64,000 nt of DNA from a virus (IMGVR_UViG_3300013901_000008:32001-96000), one strand, 5' to 3'; shown: positions 48,338 to 58,922, counted from the stretch's first letter. Notes: generated by a model not told the origin, from the sequence alone. Program-made: numbers and translations.

Positions 48338-48982
48338 ATGACCGAGACGAAAGAAGAAAAGGCTCTTCGCTTCAAGCAGCTTTGTATTAGCATCCTTGCC
48401 CAGAGCGGCAACTGCCAAGACTCGCAGCGAGACTTTGGCAAGGTTTCGAGCATCAAGGATATGTGCGATACCTGGCACAAGTATTGGCATGGCATGATAA
48501 CCGAGGTACCACAACAGGTAGTGCAAGCCTTCAAGGATTTCTATCCCGACTTCAAGGCAGAAATCAATGCGGCTGGCATCTTCTACAATGAGGATTCTCG
48601 AACAGGCTACGTGTTGGTGGGTGATAGCGACGAACCTATTCATCTTTCGTTCGCTCATACAGCCTATGTGCTGGGCCAGGCTCATGTGGTATTGCACCTA
48701 CAAGCATCTGCCTTGGCGATGAATCCTGATTGCAAAATAGAATTACTCGACAACAGCCGAGCCACCATCAAGGATGGGTATGCCATCGCCAAAGGTTACT
48801 CCCAACTCACTACTGGCAGCGATGCAGAATGCAGCGAGCACGCCGTGGTACGTATCACGAATGGTACCTTGCGCGACCGAGGGCATAATGCCATCTATGC
48901 TTACGGCAAGGCGACCATCAATAGCTTCACATCTCGCCTTATCACATTGTACGACGAAGCGAAGTTGAATATCAAGAAATAA
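48338..48982 (+). CDS. hypothetical protein with beta-helix-like repeats
   Basis: 214 aa with repeated short beta units in the C-half. Confidence 0.6.
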   Translation: MTETKEEKALRFKQLCISILAQSGNCQDSQRDFGKVSSIKDMCDTWHKYWHGMITEVPQQVVQAFKDFYPDFKAEINAAGIFYNEDSRTGYVLVGDSDEPIHLSFAHTAYVLGQAHVVLHLQASALAMNPDCKIELLDNSRATIKDGYAIAKGYSQLTTGSDAECSEHAVVRITNGTLRDRGHNAIYAYGKATINSFTSRLITLYDEAKLNIKK

Positions 48983-49003
48983 CTCTTTAAGTTTTAGACT
49001 CAA

Positions 49004-51805
49004 ATGAAATCACATCTTACCATACTTATCGACGATAAACCTGCGGCGCAGTCTTCTGATTTCTCCATCGACATCGAGGATCAGAATCCTGTGTTCAATG
49101 ATACCGAGATGTTTTCCTATCCATTTACCTTACCACTCAATGGCAACCGGTGGTTACTGAAGAATATCGAGGACCCACGTGCATCTATCCGTGCGGTCAA
49201 CATGGAGCATAAGCCAACCAAGATTTATGCCGACGGATTGCCATTTCGCAGTGGTACCCTCGTGATGCAGGACGATGAGGAAATCAAGGATTCTCTCTCG
49301 ATGAATATTGATGCCAGCACCCAGTCGTTCAGCGACCTTATCGGTTCTCTGAATTGCCGTGATATTCCTGTGAAGGACACTATTATTATTGGCGAAAAGA
49401 TAGGCAATGTAAGGGTGGATATTGAGAGTGACCCTGTGGTTAAGGTGAATGTGTTCATAGAGGGTGGAAAGCATAAGAGCGATAAGAATGAGACAAGAAA
49501 GATACAGGCTGCCCATGTTAGTGTAAGTAAGGTATTAGAGCCACAAGCCCTTGGGTTTTCTTATCCAGCAACTTGCGCAGAATATACTACGACTTCAACG
49601 GATCATTATAAAGCGGACGCTTACCAGGCGACATCTAAATCTTACGGAAAAGATATATCGGTAAATGTGCCTAAAAAAATAAATAACGGCAATTACATCA
49701 ACGTTTCTGCTTCATACGGAGAAACGGATGCGGCAGGTCGTGCAGCAACTTATTGCAATGCCCGCGTCTGTTATAAACATCATGGTCTTGATGATGATGG
49801 ACAGACATCCAGCGATGTGATAGCTATCAAAGATTGTTCTTGGACTAATGAAGATCTTTATCCTTATTGGGTATTGGATGCGGACCGTCCTCAATCTGGT
49901 ATATGTTTTTACGTACTTTATTTTCTGGACTGTCTTTTTGATTACTTAGGTGTGTCGTTTGATAAATCAGCTTTGTTGGAAATCGAGGACTTTAAGCATC
50001 TTTGTTTCTTTACTACCGTTTGTTCTTATGATACCATGCAGCACCCTCATCATGGTACCTATTACACCGACGAGGATGAAGAAGTAATAGCCAAAAAGAA
50101 AAAGGCAGGAGAAATCAAGACTGGATATTTCCAATCACAAGAGCATATCAATAGCTGGTTAAATTCTCGTGGCTGTGGAGGTCAGATTAACATCGTTAAG
50201 GCAGAAGACAAAGATACCCAGGAACTGACTTTAAGGAAGCCAGATGGTACGTCAGAGCATGTGCAAGTAGGCGAGGCTACCGAAGATGGAGGAAAGGTTA
50301 CAGGTATTTCCATCGAAGCACAGATAGAGAAATTTTCTGTTCAGGCAAATGTGCTTTATATGGTGGCTAATAGCGACAATTTCCCCGATGAGACTGTGAG
50401 CACTGTGATTAGTTCGCTTGAGAGTGCCTTTGGAATCAAGTTTTCCTACGACTACGAGCAGAAGAAAGTAACCGCTTATCTCGTTCGTGATGTTCTACGC
50501 AAAAGTGGGCAAGAAGCAAGAAATTTCCATGGCAATATTCACTCCATCGTACCTATGACCGAAAAGATTACAGGCGTAAGGATGAGATATTCCGAGGAGA
50601 GCGACTCGAAAGACCAAAAGCAGAATGTTAAGGATAGTCGCAAGAATAAGAACATGAATTATGAAACCGACTACAATTATATCGACTATCCTGAGCCTGA
50701 TAGTGGAGATAATTCTACGGTCTATAACATGGACTATGTTGATTTCTTCCATAATTTAAGCAGTGGCGACAAGCATTGTTATATCGACCGAAAGACAGGC
50801 AATGCCTACCGTGTTAAGGTAAATAGCGATGCTACAACAACATCAGATTTGAAACCAGTTCTTTTCGAGGTAGGTCAGTATAAAGGTGTGGAATACGGTG
50901 ATTGCAGTGAAGAGAATGAAGATTTCATTCAGGATATTAGTATTGACTTTACTCCTGTACCTTTTAATGACGTGAATTATTTCAAAGAGATAGAATCTGC
51001 CTATGGTTCGCATGAGGCGGTAGATACCACTTCTGGCAAAAAGTATGGTGTTACCATCGAGAGTGGACAGCCTATTCTTTGCGCTTATGTGGATGAGGAT
51101 ATGAAGCATGAGTTTGTTGAGCAAATCATCAACCAAACTATATCCACTGCATTCTGCGATTTCTATATGCAGCAATCTTTAAAGTTGGTAGAAAGTTATG
51201 ATCCGTCGGGCACAGACGACGGTAACTCACCATTACAAGACGATTCCCGTTGGGGCTTTGCGCTTGCTATGATGCGAGGCGGTGGCAGCGATGCTACCGT
51301 GCAGAACTATGATTACAATTATGATGGTTTCGGTACTTCTAAGTGGCGCACAGCAGTAGGCAAGTATGCCCTTGCTTGTGATTCCATCGACATGATGGGC
51401 AACCTCTTCGACTATAATGGTGTGCAGGAAGGCTTGGGTAATGGCGAACGATTCTCTCTAAAGATACGAGCCTATAAGGAGCCGTCTTGGCTGAAAGACC
51501 CGAAATACAAAGACGTGGTTCTTTGCGACCCCGACGAGGTAGATGATAACGGCAACGTAGTAACCAAAATCAAGTCTCGTGGCTTGTTTGACACATTCAT
51601 CTTGCCATACGCCTATTTCTTGCTCAATCGCAAGAAATACAAGATACGTTGCTCCACTACCGTGGCGCAGGTAGCCGATATTCCTAACCATTGGAAGGAG
51701 TGGTGGAACATCGGAGGTATCAAGTGCATCATCGACAAGGTGAATACGACCATCAGCGCAGAGACGGGTCTTGGTGAGGTAGAGCTTACCGTCTATGCCT
51801 TGTAA
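49004..51805 (+). CDS. tail tip/baseplate hub-like structural protein
   Basis: SIDIEDQNPVFND.EMFSYPFTLP N-terminus typical of Bacteroidetes siphovirus tail proteins; 933 aa. Confidence 0.65.
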   Translation: MKSHLTILIDDKPAAQSSDFSIDIEDQNPVFNDTEMFSYPFTLPLNGNRWLLKNIEDPRASIRAVNMEHKPTKIYADGLPFRSGTLVMQDDEEIKDSLSMNIDASTQSFSDLIGSLNCRDIPVKDTIIIGEKIGNVRVDIESDPVVKVNVFIEGGKHKSDKNETRKIQAAHVSVSKVLEPQALGFSYPATCAEYTTTSTDHYKADAYQATSKSYGKDISVNVPKKINNGNYINVSASYGETDAAGRAATYCNARVCYKHHGLDDDGQTSSDVIAIKDCSWTNEDLYPYWVLDADRPQSGICFYVLYFLDCLFDYLGVSFDKSALLEIEDFKHLCFFTTVCSYDTMQHPHHGTYYTDEDEEVIAKKKKAGEIKTGYFQSQEHINSWLNSRGCGGQINIVKAEDKDTQELTLRKPDGTSEHVQVGEATEDGGKVTGISIEAQIEKFSVQANVLYMVANSDNFPDETVSTVISSLESAFGIKFSYDYEQKKVTAYLVRDVLRKSGQEARNFHGNIHSIVPMTEKITGVRMRYSEESDSKDQKQNVKDSRKNKNMNYETDYNYIDYPEPDSGDNSTVYNMDYVDFFHNLSSGDKHCYIDRKTGNAYRVKVNSDATTTSDLKPVLFEVGQYKGVEYGDCSEENEDFIQDISIDFTPVPFNDVNYFKEIESAYGSHEAVDTTSGKKYGVTIESGQPILCAYVDEDMKHEFVEQIINQTISTAFCDFYMQQSLKLVESYDPSGTDDGNSPLQDDSRWGFALAMMRGGGSDATVQNYDYNYDGFGTSKWRTAVGKYALACDSIDMMGNLFDYNGVQEGLGNGERFSLKIRAYKEPSWLKDPKYKDVVLCDPDEVDDNGNVVTKIKSRGLFDTFILPYAYFLLNRKKYKIRCSTTVAQVADIPNHWKEWWNIGGIKCIIDKVNTTISAETGLGEVELTVYAL

Positions 51806-51868
51806 TATCTATGTCTTAATATAAAGGTAGATTTACAGAACGTCTAAATGATATAAAAACAAAAAACT

Positions 51869-53092
51869 ATGAACAAAGAAAATATTTACATCACTGGCTT
51901 GGGCATCCACTCTTGCCTGGGCAGTGATATTCCGTCATTCGCCAAAGCCTTGCACGATGGCAAGTGCGGCTTACATCATGATAGCGAGCGAAAGGCAAAG
52001 GGCTATCAATCGGATTTGTGCGGTGCGGTACCATCAGTGCCTGAAGACTTGATAACGAGTCTCACAAGAGCGCAATATCAATGTTTCTCCCGACCTACGT
52101 TTTATGCACTTAGCGCAGTAAAGCAAGCCTTGCACCAAGCTTGCATATCGGATGATTTCTTATCCGAGCACCATGTATCGCTCATCGTAAGCAACGACTC
52201 TACGGCTGGCGAGATGATGCGCACGGGCACTACTATGCAGCAAAAGAATGATACTCGTTATTTGGGCGCAGGCGCAGTTTTTCGCTCTCTTAATTCTACG
52301 GTCAGTATGAACCTTGCATCCTTGCTTGGCATACATGGCTTGTCGCTTACCGTGAGTGCGGCTTGCGCTGGCGGCGGCCATGCCTTGGGCTTAGGTAAGA
52401 TGCTTCTTGATACCAAGCAAACGGAAATGGTGATAGTAGTAGGAGCACAAGAGGATGGCGTGGCTTCCATGCAGTCTTTTGACGCGCTGGGTGTCTTTAC
52501 CGATACCAAGGTGCAGCCTTTCGGGAAAGGACGCACAGGTCTTGCTCCTTCGGGTGGCGCAGCTTGTGTGATATTGGAACCGGAACACAACTTTCATCTA
52601 CGAGCAAAGAAACTCCAACCATGGGCGATATTATCGGGCTATGGCTTCTCATCGAATGGCACAGCTATCAGTACTCCCCTCGCCTACCAAGAATCCGTTT
52701 CCATGATTAAGGCGATGGATGATGCTGGTATCGACGAAGGTTTGATAGATGTGATTCTCGCCCATGCTACTGGCACTACCATGGGTGATGAAGCAGAAGC
52801 GACTGCCATTGGCGATACTTTCGGTATGTGTCCAAAAGTGGTTGCCACAAAAGGTATGACCGGACACGAGTGCTGGATGGCTGGCGTATCGCAAGCCGTG
52901 CAAGCCGCCCTCATATTGAATAAAGCATCCCTTCCTGGGTGCGTTGGCACCGAAAAAAATGCTTTCCCTAAGCTAAACCTCGTGATGAAGACAATGAATT
53001 ATCAACCGCACAACATTCTCTGCAATGCCTTTGGCTTCGGCGGTACCAATTCATCTTTCATTATCTCCAAATTCGATAACAATAAATTATAA
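51869..53092 (+). CDS. beta-ketoacyl-ACP synthase (KAS I/II family)
   Basis: Intact Cys-His-His triad (SAACAGG, AHATGT, TKGMTGHECW) and C-terminal NAFGFGGTN. Confidence 0.93.
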   Translation: MNKENIYITGLGIHSCLGSDIPSFAKALHDGKCGLHHDSERKAKGYQSDLCGAVPSVPEDLITSLTRAQYQCFSRPTFYALSAVKQALHQACISDDFLSEHHVSLIVSNDSTAGEMMRTGTTMQQKNDTRYLGAGAVFRSLNSTVSMNLASLLGIHGLSLTVSAACAGGGHALGLGKMLLDTKQTEMVIVVGAQEDGVASMQSFDALGVFTDTKVQPFGKGRTGLAPSGGAACVILEPEHNFHLRAKKLQPWAILSGYGFSSNGTAISTPLAYQESVSMIKAMDDAGIDEGLIDVILAHATGTTMGDEAEATAIGDTFGMCPKVVATKGMTGHECWMAGVSQAVQAALILNKASLPGCVGTEKNAFPKLNLVMKTMNYQPHNILCNAFGFGGTNSSFIISKFDNNKL

Positions 53093-53097
53093 GCAAT

Positions 53098-53355
53098 ATG
53101 GAAAAAGAAGAAATTAAGAAGCGGCTTCATACCATTATTGATGGCTTGAAATCTCCACTGAATGATATGGAAGTAGATGATAATTCCAACCTACGAGAGG
53201 ACATCGGGTTGGAATCCATTGATTTTCTTGATATGATCCTTCAGACGGAAACGATGTTTAATATCAAGATTACTCCCGAAGAGGCATCGTCTTGCAAGTT
53301 GGTTTCCGACTTCATCGGTCTTGTGGAGCGAAAGGTTGACGAGAACGGAAAGTAG
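53098..53355 (+). CDS. acyl carrier protein
   Basis: Acidic 85-aa protein; DIGLESIDFLDM phosphopantetheine Ser motif and FNIKITPEEA. Confidence 0.88.
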   Translation: MEKEEIKKRLHTIIDGLKSPLNDMEVDDNSNLREDIGLESIDFLDMILQTETMFNIKITPEEASSCKLVSDFIGLVERKVDENGK

Positions 53356-53393
53356 CACAAGAGTTTGTTGCCTAGATAGAAATATATAAAAGA

Positions 53394-53440
53394 CAAATCT
53401 CCTTTGCTCACCTTATTTATAAAGCGAGCAAAGAGATTTG
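53394..53440 (+). terminator. hairpin after the ACP gene
   Basis: CAAATCTCCTTTGCTC...GAGCAAAGAGATTTG; no U-tract. Confidence 0.4.
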
Positions 53441-53471
53441 AGAAGCATAAATCAATAATACATAAAACAAT

Positions 53472-54527
53472 ATGGCAAAGAAAATCAATCTAACGTCGGG
53501 TTCCATCCTTGCCGGCAACCCTATCACGTTCACCATACAGCCAGAGCAATATAAGAATCCGTCTTTTCATCGGGTAATCGTGGAAGTAACATACGATAAA
53601 GATGGAAGCTATGAGACGATCCAGCTAAATGTGCCTATCACCAAGGAAGGTAACGATGTAGAGATAGATGTATCATCCGCTTTGCGCGTACCTTTGGAGG
53701 ATTATGAATATACTCCACAAGCGGCTACCTATCCGATGGTAAAATGGTACATAAGGGCATACGATGAGTATATGGATAGTAATGGCGAAGTACATACCAA
53801 CGTAGGCGAACAATACTATCCGCAGAAGCCAGATGCAAGCACAGGTGGCGCAACCAACCTGCGCTGCATCATAGGCGCGTTCTCGGATATAGAGCGATTG
53901 ACATCCGGCGTAAGCAAGGATGTAACGTCTCTGTCTCGTAAGCCGAAGTCTTCGCCCGAAATGGCAGTGATAGGCGATGAATATGCTTATACTCCAGCCT
54001 ACGCCAAGGCTCAATCCCTGGCAACAAGTAGCAGCCTTGTTGCGCCCGCATCCAGGATAGAGACTATCACAAAGGAAGGCTTGCAAACTATCGGCGAACA
54101 TTCAGTATATGCCATTCCTCAAAGCGAGGCAACCCATCGCATGAATTTTCGCTTCATCAATTCCTTTGGAGTATTGGAGAGCATCAATGTGCCACGCTCC
54201 TACAGCGAGAAAATATCCATCCAAAGCGAGGAATATACGGTGGCAAAGATAGAAACCTTCAATAGTTTCTCCCGCTCTGCCATCAACAAGAGAAACAACC
54301 GGGAGTCCTGGCTATTTGTTACCGACCCATTGGATAAGTCTTGGTTGCGTTGGTACCTGCACGAGTTCTTGATGAGTGAGCATGTATGGATAGACGTAAA
54401 CTGCAACTGGATTCCCTGCACCCTAACATCGGAAGAAGAAATCACGATGATGGATAGGACTAATACCAATATGTATTCAGTATCGTTCACGGCGAAACTG
54501 GATATTTATGGTTCGCCAATATTATAG
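53472..54527 (+). CDS. tail structural protein (distal tail-like)
   Basis: FRFINSFGVLE and WYLHEFLMSEHVWI motifs common in Bacteroidetes phage tail proteins. Confidence 0.6.
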   Translation: MAKKINLTSGSILAGNPITFTIQPEQYKNPSFHRVIVEVTYDKDGSYETIQLNVPITKEGNDVEIDVSSALRVPLEDYEYTPQAATYPMVKWYIRAYDEYMDSNGEVHTNVGEQYYPQKPDASTGGATNLRCIIGAFSDIERLTSGVSKDVTSLSRKPKSSPEMAVIGDEYAYTPAYAKAQSLATSSSLVAPASRIETITKEGLQTIGEHSVYAIPQSEATHRMNFRFINSFGVLESINVPRSYSEKISIQSEEYTVAKIETFNSFSRSAINKRNNRESWLFVTDPLDKSWLRWYLHEFLMSEHVWIDVNCNWIPCTLTSEEEITMMDRTNTNMYSVSFTAKLDIYGSPIL

Positions 54528-54605
54528 GCTTATATTTGCATTCACTAAACAGTCTCATTATAAAAAGGCTTGTCGGCTTTATCAGAGAAGCCCATCCTTA
54601 CCTTT

Positions 54606-54648
54606 AACACCCAAGCGATTCACCTGCGGAATCGCTTGGGTGTTTTTT
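54606..54648 (+). terminator. intrinsic terminator
   Basis: AACACCCAAGCGATTC-N7-GAATCGCTTGGGTGTT followed by a T-run. Confidence 0.8.
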
Positions 54649-54682
54649 GTCCCAACAATAAAAAAGCCTTTTTGTAACTTTG
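54646..54682 (+). promoter_or_regulatory. late promoter (tail fibre operon)
   Basis: TTTGTCCC-N21-TAACTTTG. Confidence 0.75.
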
Positions 54683-54733
54683 CACCATAATCAAAACATA
54701 AAACATCAAGTAACGAGATAACGAGAGAACGAG

Positions 54734-57700
54734 ATGGCAACAGAAGCTAAGACTACAAATTATTGGATAGCGAGCAATGCGCTCTACATTCAACTCAATG
54801 CAATGGGTAATCCTAACCGCATACAAGGTAGTGCGGTTAGCGGAGCCTCCATACTCTGTTATATGCAGGGCATCGAGGGCTTGGGCTATGATGCAGGGCA
54901 CAATTATCAGCGTTGGCAGTTGGTAGCCTATCCTTCCGAGTTTCCGGACACAGCAGCAAGATACGTATATGCTGCCATTCCTCGTAAGCGAACATCTGAT
55001 AACGATGTTGCCATCATCTCCTACCCTAGCCAGCAGATAGACATCTACGGTAAGACTATAGAAGACAATCCTAAGCAGCTAGGAGATGAGAATTATTATT
55101 ATATCTTTTTGCAAGGTATCATATCCGAAGTAGAGACAGATGATAGCGGCAATCGTAGCCGAGAGTGGAAACAAAACTTCGACTGCGGTTCTCTTGCTAC
55201 CGATGAAGCCTTGGCAAGTGGTGGGGAAGGTAGTTGGTGGCAATATAATTCGGTTAGTGATTCTGTTACTTTCTTAAAGACAATCTTAAAAGCTACGTTT
55301 GATTCTTTATCAGCTAAAGTAGCTAATATTACTAAGCTTATTCTTGGTGGTAAAGAATTGAACGGTATTGCCGATGAAAATACTATCGAGACTAGTCAAG
55401 AAAAGGTGGTGACACCGCAGTACCTTGGGCAGTTTGGCGTAAAGCATTTCCTTGCAAAAGATAAGGATGATGAAGCAAGTGGAGTTATAACGTTCCTTTC
55501 TGGCATTAAGTTTGGAGCGGACAAACTTTGGGAAATTACCAAGGATGGTATTGCTCGTTTGTCAGCATTGGTCGTTAAAGGTGATGTGCAAGTAGGTGAA
55601 GTTGACAAACCTGTTTCTGCAAAGTTTGGTCACTACCAGGCTGACTCTACGGGTGCTCAGATTTCAGTCAAGCAGGACGGTACATCCATCGCCGAGTTTG
55701 ACTATATCACCATCCGCAGGGCGGCTGACTTCCGCAGCATCACCATCCACGAATTGCGTTATATCGGCGGTGAGCTTGCCATTACGCCTGCCGCCATGCA
55801 GGTGAGCAAGGTGGAACGGCTTGATGCGAATGGTAATGTGTTGACGGACGATGACACCACCGAGCCTAATAAGTACAAGTGCTACTTCGACACGACCGAT
55901 ACCAAGGGAGAGAAAAAGGCTTACAATGAGTTTATGGTGGGCGACCAGGCGAGGTGTCAGCAATTTGGCATTTCCGAGGGTACGCATGAGTTCGTGAAGA
56001 CCAAGTACTATTGGCGGTTGGTTGTGGAGGTTGGCGAGGACTATATTGTGCTATCCAACGTTGACAAAGACCCTTTGACCACCAGCGAACCGTCCGTGAA
56101 CGACAACATCGTGCAGCTTGGCTATCGCTACGACGACCAAGCCAACAGGCAGGCGGCCATCATCCTCTCTGCCACCTCCAATGATGCACCAAGCCAGAAG
56201 TACTACCAAGGTATCAACGACTACTCTCTTGACCATGTTGTCAAGGACGAGGGATATGATGCCGCATTGGGCGTGTTCCACTGCAACGTGTATGGTGATA
56301 GCTATACTGGCGACAAGGACGGACAGGGCTACTTCAAGTATGACTCGAAGACCAAGAAGGCGACCTTCAAGGGTACGATGGTGTTCAACTCGGACTCCAC
56401 CCTGCCCGACGGCTCTTCTGTTGACGAGATAGCGAAGAAGGAGGACTTGCACGACCTCAACATCAAGAGTGGAAATCTCTTGCGCAATACTTCCTTCTGT
56501 GGAGACTACGAGAGTGTTGACATATCGGAAGACACCGAGATTTCTGATGACAAGGAGGTGTATTCCGAGAAGTTGAAGTATTGGAAGATGGATGGTGCGT
56601 CTGTGATTGATGCCGATGAATCAACGAGCGGAAAGGTTGTGTTGGTAAATGGAACCTTGTCACAGGAGTTTGCCCAGCCATTGCTCGAAGGCAAGGACTA
56701 TGTACTCTCCTTCAAGGGAAAGGGCACGGCCGTGGAGGTGAGCGTGGGCGGCGAGTCGCACAGCGTGGATATGACTTCCACATTCGAGCGATACGAGCTT
56801 CATGTCAAGTGTGCGAATGCGACCGACAAGGTTTTCGCCATGTCTGGCAACGGCTGTACCGTCTGTGAGATTATGCTTTCCTACGGAACTATCGCCCCTG
56901 CTTGGTCTCCTGCCTACTCGGACAATGACAAGAGCGTGTCCGAATTTCAGAATTTGAAGTTTTTGACCGATGCCATGACGGAAGGTTCTACGACCATTGA
57001 CGGTGGCTTGGTCATGTCTCAGCAATTCAAGGTGGGCAATTTCCGTGACCGTAAGATGGTCAAGGAGACTGGCGGAATGAGCGGATATTACAACGATGAC
57101 AACTCTCCGTTCCTTTGGGGAGGTGGCTCGTTGGAGCAAGCCATTTACACGATTCAGAAGTACAAGGATGACCCTACTTACCAGCCTACGGATGACGAAC
57201 TAAAGAACATGGCTAATTTCGTCGTGACACATGGGGGGCGTGCTATTCTCAACGACATCGTGCTTCGTGGAATCATCTACGCCGAGGGTGGTGTCATGAA
57301 GTCCATTAAGTCACCGAATGGAAACTTCGAGATTGACGAAAGCGGAAACACTAAGCTCAAAGGTGAGATAAATGCCACCAAGGGAACGATTGGAGGGTTT
57401 GAAATCAACTCTGGTAGCATTGGCACTGCTGTAGTGAAGGAGAAAGATGACGAAGGCAATGAGGACATCGGCTATGGCAAGGATGACAAGATGTCTCTCT
57501 TGAACGATTTCATCGTGTTCAATGGAAAGAATCGACAAGCTATCTTGGGACAATGGAGTACGTTTGGCACACCTATATTGATGCGATTGCTTGATGAGGT
57601 CGATGACATCTTGACAAGATATGGTGCGTTTATTTCCGTAAAGAACAAAAAAGGCGAAGCTTGTGCCTTGGGTTTTGGCGGTGGCTACACATCTGGTTTG

Positions 57701-58081
57701 GCTTTGAAGACGAAAGGACTTACAGCAAGCAACAATGTCATTGACAGAAGTGTGAATGTAGCCTTGTTGATGGACTATAATTGTGATTATCAACTTCCAG
57801 ATATGTACCCTTATGATGATGGTCACATGGTGATGATTAAGCGTATGAACGGCGGTAGCAAAGATAATGCCGTAAAAGTCTTGGCAGGGAAATATTATGA
57901 TGCTGCTGGTGTCGAACATCAAACATATTTTATGATTGACCAAGGAGCGAAAGTTACGGAACTTGGCATAGGTAGTATCTCTGATGCCATGATTCTTATA
58001 TTTGCAAGTGGAATGTATCATAATGAGGATAAAAAAGAGTATGGTTGTTGGGTTCAATTCAAGTGCCCTCGTGATTGGTAA
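54734..58081 (+). CDS. tail fibre/tail tip protein with carbohydrate-binding-like domain
   Basis: 1115 aa; GDQARCQQF...KYYWRLV, GNLLRNTSF and GTIGGFEI motifs. Confidence 0.75.
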   Translation: MATEAKTTNYWIASNALYIQLNAMGNPNRIQGSAVSGASILCYMQGIEGLGYDAGHNYQRWQLVAYPSEFPDTAARYVYAAIPRKRTSDNDVAIISYPSQQIDIYGKTIEDNPKQLGDENYYYIFLQGIISEVETDDSGNRSREWKQNFDCGSLATDEALASGGEGSWWQYNSVSDSVTFLKTILKATFDSLSAKVANITKLILGGKELNGIADENTIETSQEKVVTPQYLGQFGVKHFLAKDKDDEASGVITFLSGIKFGADKLWEITKDGIARLSALVVKGDVQVGEVDKPVSAKFGHYQADSTGAQISVKQDGTSIAEFDYITIRRAADFRSITIHELRYIGGELAITPAAMQVSKVERLDANGNVLTDDDTTEPNKYKCYFDTTDTKGEKKAYNEFMVGDQARCQQFGISEGTHEFVKTKYYWRLVVEVGEDYIVLSNVDKDPLTTSEPSVNDNIVQLGYRYDDQANRQAAIILSATSNDAPSQKYYQGINDYSLDHVVKDEGYDAALGVFHCNVYGDSYTGDKDGQGYFKYDSKTKKATFKGTMVFNSDSTLPDGSSVDEIAKKEDLHDLNIKSGNLLRNTSFCGDYESVDISEDTEISDDKEVYSEKLKYWKMDGASVIDADESTSGKVVLVNGTLSQEFAQPLLEGKDYVLSFKGKGTAVEVSVGGESHSVDMTSTFERYELHVKCANATDKVFAMSGNGCTVCEIMLSYGTIAPAWSPAYSDNDKSVSEFQNLKFLTDAMTEGSTTIDGGLVMSQQFKVGNFRDRKMVKETGGMSGYYNDDNSPFLWGGGSLEQAIYTIQKYKDDPTYQPTDDELKNMANFVVTHGGRAILNDIVLRGIIYAEGGVMKSIKSPNGNFEIDESGNTKLKGEINATKGTIGGFEINSGSIGTAVVKEKDDEGNEDIGYGKDDKMSLLNDFIVFNGKNRQAILGQWSTFGTPILMRLLDEVDDILTRYGAFISVKNKKGEACALGFGGGYTSGLALKTKGLTASNNVIDRSVNVALLMDYNCDYQLPDMYPYDDGHMVMIKRMNGGSKDNAVKVLAGKYYDAAGVEHQTYFMIDQGAKVTELGIGSISDAMILIFASGMYHNEDKKEYGCWVQFKCPRDW

Positions 58082-58100
58082 AAACAAGAAATAAGATATT

Positions 58101-58919
58101 ATGGAACAACTTAACAAGACCCCGACATCGGGGAAATTCAGCGACGTGGCCAAGGTGCTTGACACCAATTTCGGACTTGTGGTGACGAAGCTCATGGAGC
58201 TAGACGAGTCGAGTAAGGCGAAGGAGATGAACTGTGGTTTCTACTCATCGCTATCCGAGTTGCAGACGGCTTACCCGAACCCCGACAAGGGCATGATGGC
58301 CTACGTGGGGAGCGGAACGGACTATACTGTGTATCGCTGCAAGGCGGATGGGACGTGGACTGTCACGACTGAGACGTTCAAGGTGAACATCAGTGTTGAC
58401 CTTTCGACCTATGCCACGAAGGAGGCGTTGCAAGCCGTGGGCGAGAAAGCGGATGCTCTCATGCAGGGTGCGGTGTATTGCGGACTTGCGGCGAGGGTAA
58501 CGAATCCTGGTACTCCCAAGACCAAGGTGTTCTACCTGCCTACCGAGGTGGGCGATTACACTAACTTCGGCGGTCTGTCCGTGGCAGAGAACGAAATAGC
58601 CTTCCTGTACTACGACGGCTCTGAGTGGAAGAAGCATTCCGTGGATTTCTCCACTGCTATCAAGGAAGCCAAGGACACGGCAACCACGGCGGCTACGGAC
58701 GCAGGCAACGCATTGGCTAAGGCTAATGCCGCCAATACAACCGCCAACACCAACAAGCAGAACTTGGAGACAGCTGTTGGGCGCATAGATACCTTGGAGA
58801 AAAACGTGGAAAGCATGGCATCGTCCATCCCCAAGATTATATCCATGACGGAGACCGCATACGAGGCGTTGGCGACGAAAGACCCGAACACTTACTATAT
58901 GCTCTACGAGGAGGAATAG
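58101..58919 (+). CDS. tail fibre protein
   Basis: Coiled-coil segment; C-terminal MTETAYEALATKDPNTYYML upper-fibre motif. Confidence 0.7.
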   Translation: MEQLNKTPTSGKFSDVAKVLDTNFGLVVTKLMELDESSKAKEMNCGFYSSLSELQTAYPNPDKGMMAYVGSGTDYTVYRCKADGTWTVTTETFKVNISVDLSTYATKEALQAVGEKADALMQGAVYCGLAARVTNPGTPKTKVFYLPTEVGDYTNFGGLSVAENEIAFLYYDGSEWKKHSVDFSTAIKEAKDTATTAATDAGNALAKANAANTTANTNKQNLETAVGRIDTLEKNVESMASSIPKIISMTETAYEALATKDPNTYYMLYEEE

Positions 58920-58922
58920 CCT

